Below, in pieces: positions 20,948 through 30,253 of a stretch of 59,610 bases of DNA; positions within the stretch are counted from its first letter, which is position 1, and the number at the start of each line of letters is the position of its first letter. The notes beneath the pieces were generated by a model. It searched no databases. It was not told the origin of the DNA and worked only from the letters and a program-made list of their open reading frames with translations. Origin of the DNA: an uncultured virus (IMG/VR IMGVR_UViG_3300020578_005267) (taxonomy: Duplodnaviria > Heunggongvirae > Uroviricota > Caudoviricetes); IMG/VR virus record IMGVR_UViG_3300020578_005267, one strand, 5' to 3'. The position numbers and the translations under genes are program-made.

Positions 20948-22039
20948 ATGAAAAAAGTATTGGTATTAGGTGGTGGCGGATTTATAGGTGGTCACTTAGC
21001 TAAGAGACTTAAAGAGGAAGGAAACCACGTAAGAATATGTGACATAAAAAAACATGAATATTTTTTCCAAGATGAAATTTGTCATGAGTTTATCTTGGGT
21101 GACCTTACAGACCCTGATGTTGTTTCACTTGTCATCGAAGAAGGTGTTGATGAAGTTTATCAACTTGCCGCAGATATGGGCGGTGCACTTTATATCTTTA
21201 CAGGAGAACACGATGCAGATGTTATGCACAACTCAGCAACAATCAATTTGAATGTTGCAAAAGAATGTGTTAAAAAGAAAGTCAAAAAGGTTTTCTATTC
21301 ATCCTCGGCATGTATGTATCCCGAACATAATCAACTTGATCCCGATAATCCAAACTGTGAAGAGTCTTCTGCATATCCTGCTAACCCAGACTCTGAATAT
21401 GGATGGGAAAAGTTATTCTCAGAAAGAGTATTTTTATCTTTCCATAGAAACTATGGATTGAATGTTAGAATTGCAAGATTCCACAACATTTTTGGTCCTC
21501 AAGGTACATGGAAAGGAGGAAGGGAGAAATCACCGGCCGCTATGTGTAGAAAGGCGGCAGAAAGCAAGGGTGGTGATGAAATAGAAGTTTGGGGAAATGG
21601 ATTACAAACCAGATCATTCCTTTACGTTGAGGAGTGCGTTGAGGCTGTTATTAGATTGATGAATTCGAATTTCACAGGACCTGTAAACATTGGTTCCGAA
21701 GAAATGGTAACCATTAATCATTTAGCCAGTATGGCTATTGCAATATCAGGAAAAGACATAAAAATAAAAAACATCGAAGGAGAAGAGTTTGTGACAAAAT
21801 ACGGATTTAAATGCCCTCTCGGTGTTAAGGGGAGAAATTCAGACAATAAATTGTATAGAGAAAAGATAGGATGGGAAGTCAGTCAGCCTCTTTCCGTAGG
21901 TCTTAAAAAAACATATAATTGGATTAAGAGTCAGGTTGACAAACATGAAACTGAAACCCCGTGGATCTACGAAAGTCCTGATGGTGGAAAAACCGTCACA
22001 AAAAGAGAACCAGGATCATTAGAAAAAAAATTAATTTAA
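20948..22039 (+). CDS. GDP-mannose 3,5-epimerase-like SDR
   Basis: GGGGFIG, LAADMGG, SSACMYP, YGWEK and RFHNIFGP.GTW.GGREK.PAA.CRK, all characteristic of GME. Confidence 0.8.
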   Translation: MKKVLVLGGGGFIGGHLAKRLKEEGNHVRICDIKKHEYFFQDEICHEFILGDLTDPDVVSLVIEEGVDEVYQLAADMGGALYIFTGEHDADVMHNSATINLNVAKECVKKKVKKVFYSSSACMYPEHNQLDPDNPNCEESSAYPANPDSEYGWEKLFSERVFLSFHRNYGLNVRIARFHNIFGPQGTWKGGREKSPAAMCRKAAESKGGDEIEVWGNGLQTRSFLYVEECVEAVIRLMNSNFTGPVNIGSEEMVTINHLASMAIAISGKDIKIKNIEGEEFVTKYGFKCPLGVKGRNSDNKLYREKIGWEVSQPLSVGLKKTYNWIKSQVDKHETETPWIYESPDGGKTVTKREPGSLEKKLI

Positions 22040-22770
22040 TGGGTAAACCAAGAAGAACGCCAGTTGTTACTCCAAGTTCAACTGAAATACAAATAAAAAC
22101 TAAAAAAGATTTTATCTGTTCATTAATCAAGAAAAAAACTAAAGAAAAATTCTTATCAGAAAATCAGAAAGTTTATTATGATATATTAAAAAATAATGAA
22201 ATCACCCTCTGTTCGGGTCCCGCAGGTGTGGGTAAGAGTCACGTGGCAATGAAAGCGGCAATTGATTTGCTAGTTGACCCACTTTCACCTTATGAAAAAA
22301 TTATTATTGTAAGACCAGCGGTGGAAGCTGAGGAAAAGTTAGGATCTTTACCTGGTAATGTAGAAGAAAAATTAGATCCTTATATCTTTCCTTCGTATTA
22401 TCTCCTCAACAAAATTATCGGAAAAGATATAAGAGAAAAGTTAAAGGAATTTGATGCAATCGAAGTTTTTGCTTTGGCTTATATGAGAGGAATGAATATA
22501 GATAACTCTATTTTGATTTTCGAAGAGGCACAGAATTCAACCCCAAATCAAATGAAATTACTACTAACAAGAATTGGATACAATTCAAAGTTTTTTATTT
22601 CAGGTGACTTAGAGCAAACTGACAGATATAAAGACAAAACTCAAAGTGGGCTTTGGGATGCAATTCAAAAAATGAGAAATATGAATAAAGTTGGTGTATT
22701 CATTTTTGAAGACAGTGATATTGTGAGAAATCCATTAATAACCCACATTCTAAAAAGATATGAAGAATGA
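22039..22770 (+). CDS. phoH: PhoH family ATPase
   Basis: GPAGVGKS, VRPAVEAEEKLGSLPG, AYMRG, EEAQN, GDLEQTD and DIVRNP motifs. Confidence 0.9.
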   Translation: MGKPRRTPVVTPSSTEIQIKTKKDFICSLIKKKTKEKFLSENQKVYYDILKNNEITLCSGPAGVGKSHVAMKAAIDLLVDPLSPYEKIIIVRPAVEAEEKLGSLPGNVEEKLDPYIFPSYYLLNKIIGKDIREKLKEFDAIEVFALAYMRGMNIDNSILIFEEAQNSTPNQMKLLLTRIGYNSKFFISGDLEQTDRYKDKTQSGLWDAIQKMRNMNKVGVFIFEDSDIVRNPLITHILKRYEE

Positions 22771-23363
22771 GAATAGGAATAGAAATTAATGGAGTTTTAC
22801 GAGACACTATTTTGAAATTCAAACAACTTTATGTCAAGTTTCATATTGACCCTTTTTTGGAAACGACAGAGAAGCCGAATTTTGAATATAAAATAAAAGA
22901 ACCAATTACTTCATTGAACTTGATGGACCACTTTGCCTTTCAAAGTAAAGACGAATTTTACAGTTTTATGTACGAAGACCACCCGATGGAAATATTCGGA
23001 CATTCCCCGTCTGTTGAGTTATCTACTATGCATGATTTAAATGAATTTTATTACGATATGAGAGATAGTCATGATATAATAATAGTCTCAGATGAAATTG
23101 GTAAATCTAAACCAGCCTCACTTTTTTTCTTATCCAAGTTTGGTTGTCTTTTAGAGAAAATAAATTTCTACTCAGAAATCACTATAAATTCGATGTGGGA
23201 CGGGTTAGACATTTTACTTACTGCAAATCCTGAACTACTATTGAAGAAACCTGATAATAAATTTGTTATTAAGTTTGAGACTTACTACAATAAGGAAGTT
23301 TATAGTGAATACACAATTAAAAGTTTGAAAGAACTCAAAACGAAATTGGAGGAAATTTTATGA
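22767..23363 (+). CDS. Degenerate HAD-like 5'(3')-nucleotidase-fold protein
   Basis: N-terminal RIGIEINGVLRD resembles IGIDxDGVLxD but lacks both catalytic Asp. Confidence 0.5.
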   Translation: MRIGIEINGVLRDTILKFKQLYVKFHIDPFLETTEKPNFEYKIKEPITSLNLMDHFAFQSKDEFYSFMYEDHPMEIFGHSPSVELSTMHDLNEFYYDMRDSHDIIIVSDEIGKSKPASLFFLSKFGCLLEKINFYSEITINSMWDGLDILLTANPELLLKKPDNKFVIKFETYYNKEVYSEYTIKSLKELKTKLEEIL

Positions 23364-23629
23364 TAAATATACTCGGGGAAAACTACTTCATCGATTTGGA
23401 TCAAATTGAGAGGTATGTTGATATGGGGAATGAAGAAATCACTGGAAGTTCAGAGAATAGAATCAATATTGTGAAATTCGAGTTAGTAAAAATGATGGTG
23501 GAAGTTGTTTTAGCAGATGAGTTACCTGTTGAAGATAACTTAGGTTTGAAAAACAGAAAACAAACCTCCGTCCCATTCAGTATTGCATTCAATAGTCTCT
23601 TGAATAAAAAAATTATCAAACATTATTAA
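23360..23629 (+). CDS. Hypothetical protein
   Basis: 89-aa ORF with ATGA overlap in operon. Confidence 0.65.
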   Translation: MINILGENYFIDLDQIERYVDMGNEEITGSSENRINIVKFELVKMMVEVVLADELPVEDNLGLKNRKQTSVPFSIAFNSLLNKKIIKHY

Positions 23630-23630
23630 T

Positions 23631-24695
23631 ATGGAACAAAAAGTATTGAACTTGGATAAAGTACAAATTTCTATAAATCGACTGAAAGAAAAAAAAGCCA
23701 AAATTTATTTTTTTGTACAAGATACAAAGGGTAATGCAAAAGCATCAGTCAGATACGTCTATCAAATGGCAATGTCATTGAAAAACAATGGTTTCAATAT
23801 AATTATTCTTCATGAAAAAAATGAATACGTTGGAGTTGGTAAATGGCTTGGTGAAAAATACATGTCTGAAATTAAACATCAATCGATTGAAAATCAAAAT
23901 TTAGAAATTGCGCCCGAGGATTTAATTGTGATACCTGAAATTTTTGGATATGTTCTTTCACAAGTTAAAAACCTACCTGCTGGTAAAATTGTTCTATCTC
24001 AATCTTATTCGTCAATACTTGAGACACTTCAACCAGGTGAAAGTTGGTCACAATTTGGGATCACCAAATGTATAACAACATCTACAAAACAAAAAGAGTA
24101 TGTAAACAAGATAATGAAGAATGTAACCTTCGATGTAATTACACCGGTAATTTCTGAATGTTTCGAAAAATCCAAATTTCCGGCAAAGACAATTGTTGGT
24201 ATCCACACAAGAGATCAAAGAGATACCATCAATCTTATTAAAACATTTTACTTAAAATATCCACAATACCGTTGGATAACTTTTAGAGATATGAGGGGTT
24301 TGTCGGAAACAGAATTTGCAAATACCATGAAAGATTGTTGCTTGTCAGTTTGGATAGATAATGACAGTAGTTTTGGAACTTTTCCTTTGGAATCAATGAA
24401 ATGTGGTGTTCCTGTATTGGGTAAGGTTCCTGATATAATGCCAGAATGGATGTCTGAAGATAATGGGATCTGGATAGCAGACAAGAACATGATTGTAGAT
24501 TTTGTTTCTGATTTTATTCAAAATTGGTTGGAAGACAATCTGAATCCCGAGATGTTCATAAAAATGGAAGAAACAGTGAACAAGTATAGTGATTTTACTG
24601 AGTTCGAAAAACAAGTTTGCAAAATCTTCGAAGAGTATCAAATCAAGAGAGCAGAATCTTTCGAAAATCAACTACAAAAATTACAAAATAATTAA
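23631..24695 (+). CDS. GT-B (GT4-like) glycosyltransferase
   Basis: IVIPE and SSFGTFPLESMKCGVPVLG (E-x7-E-like GT4 motif). Confidence 0.7.
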   Translation: MEQKVLNLDKVQISINRLKEKKAKIYFFVQDTKGNAKASVRYVYQMAMSLKNNGFNIIILHEKNEYVGVGKWLGEKYMSEIKHQSIENQNLEIAPEDLIVIPEIFGYVLSQVKNLPAGKIVLSQSYSSILETLQPGESWSQFGITKCITTSTKQKEYVNKIMKNVTFDVITPVISECFEKSKFPAKTIVGIHTRDQRDTINLIKTFYLKYPQYRWITFRDMRGLSETEFANTMKDCCLSVWIDNDSSFGTFPLESMKCGVPVLGKVPDIMPEWMSEDNGIWIADKNMIVDFVSDFIQNWLEDNLNPEMFIKMEETVNKYSDFTEFEKQVCKIFEEYQIKRAESFENQLQKLQNN

Positions 24696-24697
24696 TT

Positions 24698-25504
24698 ATG
24701 TCAGAAAAATTAAATGTTTCGATTATACTACCTATAAAGTCCGCAGTTGTTAGAGATTTCTCAGAATTTTTTGGTAAAGCAATTCAATCTCTAAAGAATC
24801 AACAATTACCTATAGATGAGTTAATTATTGTTCACACTCAAGAGGAATCTCTTATAAAAGTATTAGATTCCTACGACTTTGGTGATCTCAACGTGAACAA
24901 ATACGTATGGGAGAAAGAACCCAATTTTTGCTCTCAAGTAAATTATGGTGTAGAAAAAGCCAAGAACCCTTGGGTGTCTTTTTTTGAGTTCGATGATGAG
25001 TATTCCTCTATATGGTTCAAGAATGTTGCAAAATACATGAAGGCGTACCCTAATGTTGATGCATTTCTCCCAATCGTTGTAGATACGAATGATAAAGGAG
25101 TGTTCCAAGGATTTACAAATGAAGCTTCTTTTGCGGCAAACTTCTCTCAAGAAATGGGGTATCTAACAAATGAAACACTCAATGATTACACAAACTTCCA
25201 AACATCAGGTATGGTTTTGAGAAAAAACTCAATTCAAGACTTTGGTGGATTCAAATCTTCAATAAAACTTACGTTTATCTATGAGTTCTTACTCAGAATG
25301 ACATATAATTCGGTTACAATTATGTCTATTCCAAGATTAGGATACAAGCACACAAACTTAAGAGAGGGTTCAATATTTTGGAATTATAAGAATGGAGAAT
25401 CAATTCTTACAGATGACGAAGTTAGATTTTGGCTACAAACCGCCAAAAAAGAATATTTCTTCGTTGACGATAGGTCAATAAAATACCAAACAACGAATGA
25501 ATAA
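24698..25504 (+). CDS. GT2-like glycosyltransferase
   Basis: VSIILP, VNYGVEKA, FFEFDDEY and YEFLLR motifs. Confidence 0.7.
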   Translation: MSEKLNVSIILPIKSAVVRDFSEFFGKAIQSLKNQQLPIDELIIVHTQEESLIKVLDSYDFGDLNVNKYVWEKEPNFCSQVNYGVEKAKNPWVSFFEFDDEYSSIWFKNVAKYMKAYPNVDAFLPIVVDTNDKGVFQGFTNEASFAANFSQEMGYLTNETLNDYTNFQTSGMVLRKNSIQDFGGFKSSIKLTFIYEFLLRMTYNSVTIMSIPRLGYKHTNLREGSIFWNYKNGESILTDDEVRFWLQTAKKEYFFVDDRSIKYQTTNE

Positions 25505-26250
25505 TGATCAAGATTCTTTCTGGTCAAACAGAAGAAACACTATCAAAAAAAAGAGGTAGAAAAACAGTCAAAGAAAATTATTTCGATGTAAGAGAAGAAA
25601 CAGCGGTTCGAAATTTCCTCGTCGCTGAAACGTGGCAGGAAAAAAACAAAATTTACAACGAATACTTACGGGCTCCTCTCGATAAGATGATTTCGTCAAT
25701 AATCAGACGATATAGATTGTATCGTAAAGACATGGATTTTGTTGAAATCCATGTCGACACACATTCGTTTTTAATGACGAAAGTGGACAAATTCAAGCCC
25801 GCAAAAAACAAAAAGGCTTATTCTTATTTCGGTACGATATGTAAGAATTATCTAATGGGCCAAATAATCAAGGACCAAAAAGAAACTAATAGAAAGGTGA
25901 GTTATGAGGACATTTCCTCATCTCTTGAACAAAGACCAGATTTGATTTATAGAATCGATGACGACGTTTCAGACGTAGAGGGATTGATAAAAAAATATAT
26001 CAATGATCTTAAATTGTTTATGGATTCAGAGTCTCTGAGTGATAACGAACAGAAACTCGGATATGCTTTGATAGATATATTTGAGAACTACGAATTGATT
26101 TTCTCAGGCGCTGACAACAACAAATTTAATAAAAATGTGATATTACTATCACTCAGGGAAATGACAAATTTGAGTACAAAAGAGATTAGAAGTGCAATAA
26201 AACGATTTAAGAGACTCTACCTTTTCACCCAATCTAAATTGAAAATTTAA
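25504..26250 (+). CDS. Phage sigma factor, T4 gp55-like (putative late sigma)
   Basis: KFKPAKNKKAYSYFGTICKNYL resembles sigma region 2.3-2.4 as seen in gp55-like proteins. Confidence 0.6.
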   Translation: MIKILSGQTEETLSKKRGRKTVKENYFDVREETAVRNFLVAETWQEKNKIYNEYLRAPLDKMISSIIRRYRLYRKDMDFVEIHVDTHSFLMTKVDKFKPAKNKKAYSYFGTICKNYLMGQIIKDQKETNRKVSYEDISSSLEQRPDLIYRIDDDVSDVEGLIKKYINDLKLFMDSESLSDNEQKLGYALIDIFENYELIFSGADNNKFNKNVILLSLREMTNLSTKEIRSAIKRFKRLYLFTQSKLKI

Positions 26251-26251
26251 C

Positions 26252-26265
26252 TGAAAGTATTTATA
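26252..26265 (+). promoter_or_regulatory. TGAAAGTATTTATA element (putative late promoter)
   Basis: Identical 14-mer at 9051-9064; lies 4 nt before ATG 26270. Confidence 0.55.
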
Positions 26266-26269
26266 CAAT

Positions 26270-26632
26270 ATGCCTCGTCCACAACGAAAAGAAATAAATT
26301 TTACAAAAGAATCACTTCTGTCTCTAATGCAGGAAATTTACAATGAACTTGTGGAACAAAGAAATACTGCAATAAGAGTTCAAAACAAAATGTTGTCTTT
26401 CATGAAAGATCCTGAGGATATGCAAACAATAGGACCTGTGATAGAAAAACAACAAAAGATTATTAATGATTGTGTTGAAAAAAAGTTAAGCCTTTCGAAA
26501 CTTCAAGCTTCGATATGGGAGAAGTCTAACAATCAGCAAGAGAGTTTTTCATTGTCTGACTTGGACGACGATTTAATTCAAAATTTAATTCAAAAAGAAG
26601 TGGATAGTGACGAGGGATCGTACAAACTGTAA
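26270..26632 (+). CDS. Hypothetical coiled-coil protein
   Basis: 120-aa ORF downstream of TATTTATA. Confidence 0.7.
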   Translation: MPRPQRKEINFTKESLLSLMQEIYNELVEQRNTAIRVQNKMLSFMKDPEDMQTIGPVIEKQQKIINDCVEKKLSLSKLQASIWEKSNNQQESFSLSDLDDDLIQNLIQKEVDSDEGSYKL

Positions 26633-26637
26633 CCTAA

Positions 26638-28566
26638 ATGCCCTCTTTAGATTTAAATAATTCCTACCAAAAAGCTCAAGAAAAAATCAAATCTCTGAAA
26701 ACATTCAGAGAGGTTTCTGACGCAGCAAAAAATCTTGAAGCTTCAAATCAAAAAATACCGTTTGATCAATTTGATAATAACCTACTATCTCCACTAGAAA
26801 AACTCAAAGAACAAAAAAAAAGATATCAAAGACAAGGTCAGTCACAACTACAAAATCTTATGAGTCTTGCAAAAGAAAATGCTGGATCAGGGACAGGTTT
26901 TTTGGGTGATATAAAAAAGAAATTTTTAGAGGCATATACAAGATGTGAACCAAAAATTAAACAAATCATGGATAATGAGATGTTGAAAGCTGTGGGTTGT
27001 GCTCAAGAACAAAAATACAATACATCTTCATCCATTTTCATTCCTGTTCAGGTAATTGATATATTTGGAAAATTAAAAACAGATCCTAACTCTAGTATAG
27101 GTAAACTTCTTTATGAAAAAAATACTCCCATTTTCGGAGAGTTCCCTTTTTCCATGAATAAAGAACTTTATAACAGAACTCAATCACCGGGTCAGACCTT
27201 TTCCTCATTTTTTGGAAATCCTTACTTAGGTTCATCACAACAGAAACTTTTTGACATAAGTTATGTTACTCAAAACGCTAGAGGGGTTACTGGTGATTTT
27301 TTCAAAGTCAAACTTGAACAAAGACAATCCCAAGGTAATGTCGGTGAGTTTCTTTCTGATTACATGTCCACAATTAGGATTATGGACTCTACTAATATCA
27401 TGTCCGAAATTGTGAACCTTTTGACAAACGCTGTGGATATTAAAGCAACAATCGGCACCGGAGATATAGAATCAAAAACTAAATTTGGATTAATTGTCCA
27501 AAGAGTATTAGGTTTATGTTTCGATAACAGAAAAGAAATTGATGTAAGTGGTATATCTAAAGTTGCTGAATTGGACGGAGTCGATGATTCATTTTTTGAG
27601 ATGACTGATGTAGATAGGGCATTTATTGAAAACAAAATTTCAAATATTCAATTACGGTCTTTAGAATTTGTTGAATGTAATAACTTAAAGGTAGAGGTAG
27701 ATTACAATAACATTGTTAATCAAATGTTGGATGCTATCAACACGGAGAATATTGATGACCCGAAAGTTTTACAAGCCAACATCGAAAAAATTATCAATTC
27801 TACGTCCGATGATCCTTCTTGGAAATTAAAAATTCCGAACGATTTTAATGTAAAGTTGAAAATAGATGAAGACCTTTTATCAAAAATTCCTTTGGCAATC
27901 GTTGCAACGGTGTTGTCTCCAAAGGTACTACTACCAATTTTTATCATGGCAATATCGATTGGTAATGAATATGTGGCAGAATTAAAATCTTTGGAAGAAT
28001 TTTTAATTAAATTCAAAAAATTCTTCATTTCTTTCGTATCGAAAGTTGGTTCCCTTTTTGTTGAGGAACTCTTCGAGATTATAAAAAGAGATTTATTAGT
28101 CCTCGTTCAATCTGTCTTAAGAGATATATCGAAATCTAAAGTTATGAAACAATATCAGATGATTGCTTCTCTTTTGGAAGTTGTTACTGCAATAGCTATT
28201 CTCATCGATGATTACAGAAAATGTAAATCTCTGATTGATAATATTTTAAGTATACTTGGTATTATTCAAAGAGGATTGGGATTAAAAATACCATACCCAC
28301 TGATGCTTTTATCTCCTCTTCTTGGTGGAACCACTCCTGAGGGTACAACCATAAATGTAATCGAACAATTACAGAAATTTGGTTTACCAACGGGTCCAAA
28401 TGCTGATGGGACTCCTAATTTTGGGTTGATTGCTGAGTTGGCGAGACAGACAGGCCAAGAAATATCCGAAGCGTCCTCAGGATACGTACAAGTTGCAATA
28501 CCCCCTGATATTATTCTACCATCAGGAAGACCAGGACAATTAACTATGAGCGGAAAAAAATTTTAA
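26638..28566 (+). CDS. Hypothetical (probably structural) protein
   Basis: 642-aa ORF in the operon with the baseplate spike. Confidence 0.7.
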   Translation: MPSLDLNNSYQKAQEKIKSLKTFREVSDAAKNLEASNQKIPFDQFDNNLLSPLEKLKEQKKRYQRQGQSQLQNLMSLAKENAGSGTGFLGDIKKKFLEAYTRCEPKIKQIMDNEMLKAVGCAQEQKYNTSSSIFIPVQVIDIFGKLKTDPNSSIGKLLYEKNTPIFGEFPFSMNKELYNRTQSPGQTFSSFFGNPYLGSSQQKLFDISYVTQNARGVTGDFFKVKLEQRQSQGNVGEFLSDYMSTIRIMDSTNIMSEIVNLLTNAVDIKATIGTGDIESKTKFGLIVQRVLGLCFDNRKEIDVSGISKVAELDGVDDSFFEMTDVDRAFIENKISNIQLRSLEFVECNNLKVEVDYNNIVNQMLDAINTENIDDPKVLQANIEKIINSTSDDPSWKLKIPNDFNVKLKIDEDLLSKIPLAIVATVLSPKVLLPIFIMAISIGNEYVAELKSLEEFLIKFKKFFISFVSKVGSLFVEELFEIIKRDLLVLVQSVLRDISKSKVMKQYQMIASLLEVVTAIAILIDDYRKCKSLIDNILSILGIIQRGLGLKIPYPLMLLSPLLGGTTPEGTTINVIEQLQKFGLPTGPNADGTPNFGLIAELARQTGQEISEASSGYVQVAIPPDIILPSGRPGQLTMSGKKF

Positions 28567-28567
28567 T

Positions 28568-28762
28568 ATGAACTTTGAAGAAATTAGAGAAAGCATTAAG
28601 GATCTGAAAAATACGCCAAACAAAAAAATGGTTGATATGATGCAGCATCTTAGTTTAGAACATGAAAATATAAAAAAAGAAATTATAAATTTGACACACT
28701 ATTTCGATAAGGTTGAGGAAACATATAATTTAATTTTGGAGGAATATGAAAAAAGAACGTGA
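28568..28762 (+). CDS. Small hypothetical protein
   Basis: 64-aa ORF filling an operon gap. Confidence 0.6.
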   Translation: MNFEEIRESIKDLKNTPNKKMVDMMQHLSLEHENIKKEIINLTHYFDKVEETYNLILEEYEKRT

Positions 28763-30234
28763 TGATTGACCCTAATTTGATATATTCAAAAATACTATTT
28801 CAAGCAAACGTCTTTGATGATCAAGACCCACTCATGCTTGGAAGGATCAGAGCATCAGCTCAAACAGATAATGTTCAAGCGATTTACAATGCAATTCCTG
28901 ACTGGAATGAAATTAATGATCCTTGGACCACAAAAGACCCATTTGTATTTTTACCTCTTTTACCATTCTTTATAAGCCAAACTCCGAAACCAACCGAGAT
29001 GGTTCAGATTATTTATCAGAATCCTCGTATTCAATACTCAAATCAATTTTACATTCAAGGTCCATACTCCTCACCCTTGCTTACATCAAGGCAGGATAAC
29101 CAAGGGTCAAACAGTATGCTTGGTACAGGTCTTCAATATGAACAATATCCATCTATAAAGGACAAATTCACAGGGACTTACAAAGATGACAAAAGTAAGG
29201 GTGTTTTTCCAGAACCTGGCGACAACGCTATTCTCGGTAGAGGAACTGCTGACATGGTGTTGAAAAGTAATGAAGTACTCCTAAGAGCGGGAAAGACATT
29301 TAGCACAAACCCAAGGGAATTTCCTGTGGCATACAATAGACGAGCCTTTATACAATTATCACAATTCAACCAAACAAAAAGACAAAACGGATTCAAAAAA
29401 TATAAAACACTTCTTGAAGTCATTCTACCTGTTAAATACTTGATAGAATATACGTTATACAATCCTGAAAACAAACAAAACGTTTTTAATGGGGAAATCA
29501 ATATCTTCAAATTTCAAGGCGATGTTCTAACAAATGATGAATTCAGTTTATCGAAAGATTATAATAATACTGTTTTGTCGGAAGTCATCAGAATCGAGAG
29601 CTTATCCATGTCGGATGTAATACTTAAAATTAACACAACACTTCAGGCATATAATAATAACAAGGATACACCTTTTTTCTTCAGACCTAGTATTACAATA
29701 TCAAAATATCTATCATCCACTGCTCCAACAACAGATGACACCTTGACCAACGTATCATTCTTGTATACACAAGTTTTACCGAACCCTACCGCTAGTGTTA
29801 CTGGTTCAGGTTTAGTATTTTTTAAAAACGCTTATGGTCAACAATTCTCCCCCAAAAGGGTAGTAGAACCATTAATTGAATATACGTCAGATCCTCAGTC
29901 GATTTCCACTTTGGGCGGTGATATTTTGTATTTTTTGTCACACAAATCACAAATACCAGGAAAACCAATTATCAATCTTGATGGAACTTTATATGGTATT
30001 GATCAAAACAAATTTGTGGACGAGATAATAAATAGCACATCAAGTAGTGTTAGAGGTGAAGAGTTACTCAAGCTCCTAAGTTTGATTGTAAAATTTTTGG
30101 TTGGTCATTCACACCCTTATCATCAACTCCCCCCAACCACTATTGCCACAAATGGGACTTCAGTTCAAGATATCCTTCAAGAAATACAACAAGGGTCTCA
30201 AAAAATTCTCAACAGTAATATTAGAATCAATTGA
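28759..30234 (+). CDS. Baseplate hub/spike protein (gp5/gpV-like)
   Basis: N-terminal OB-fold motif DDQDPLMLGRIRA...PKPTEMV; C-terminal VRGEEL...HSHP (HxH apex motif). Confidence 0.65.
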   Translation: MMIDPNLIYSKILFQANVFDDQDPLMLGRIRASAQTDNVQAIYNAIPDWNEINDPWTTKDPFVFLPLLPFFISQTPKPTEMVQIIYQNPRIQYSNQFYIQGPYSSPLLTSRQDNQGSNSMLGTGLQYEQYPSIKDKFTGTYKDDKSKGVFPEPGDNAILGRGTADMVLKSNEVLLRAGKTFSTNPREFPVAYNRRAFIQLSQFNQTKRQNGFKKYKTLLEVILPVKYLIEYTLYNPENKQNVFNGEINIFKFQGDVLTNDEFSLSKDYNNTVLSEVIRIESLSMSDVILKINTTLQAYNNNKDTPFFFRPSITISKYLSSTAPTTDDTLTNVSFLYTQVLPNPTASVTGSGLVFFKNAYGQQFSPKRVVEPLIEYTSDPQSISTLGGDILYFLSHKSQIPGKPIINLDGTLYGIDQNKFVDEIINSTSSSVRGEELLKLLSLIVKFLVGHSHPYHQLPPTTIATNGTSVQDILQEIQQGSQKILNSNIRIN

Positions 30235-30253
30235 TATTTATTGATAAAGGTTG

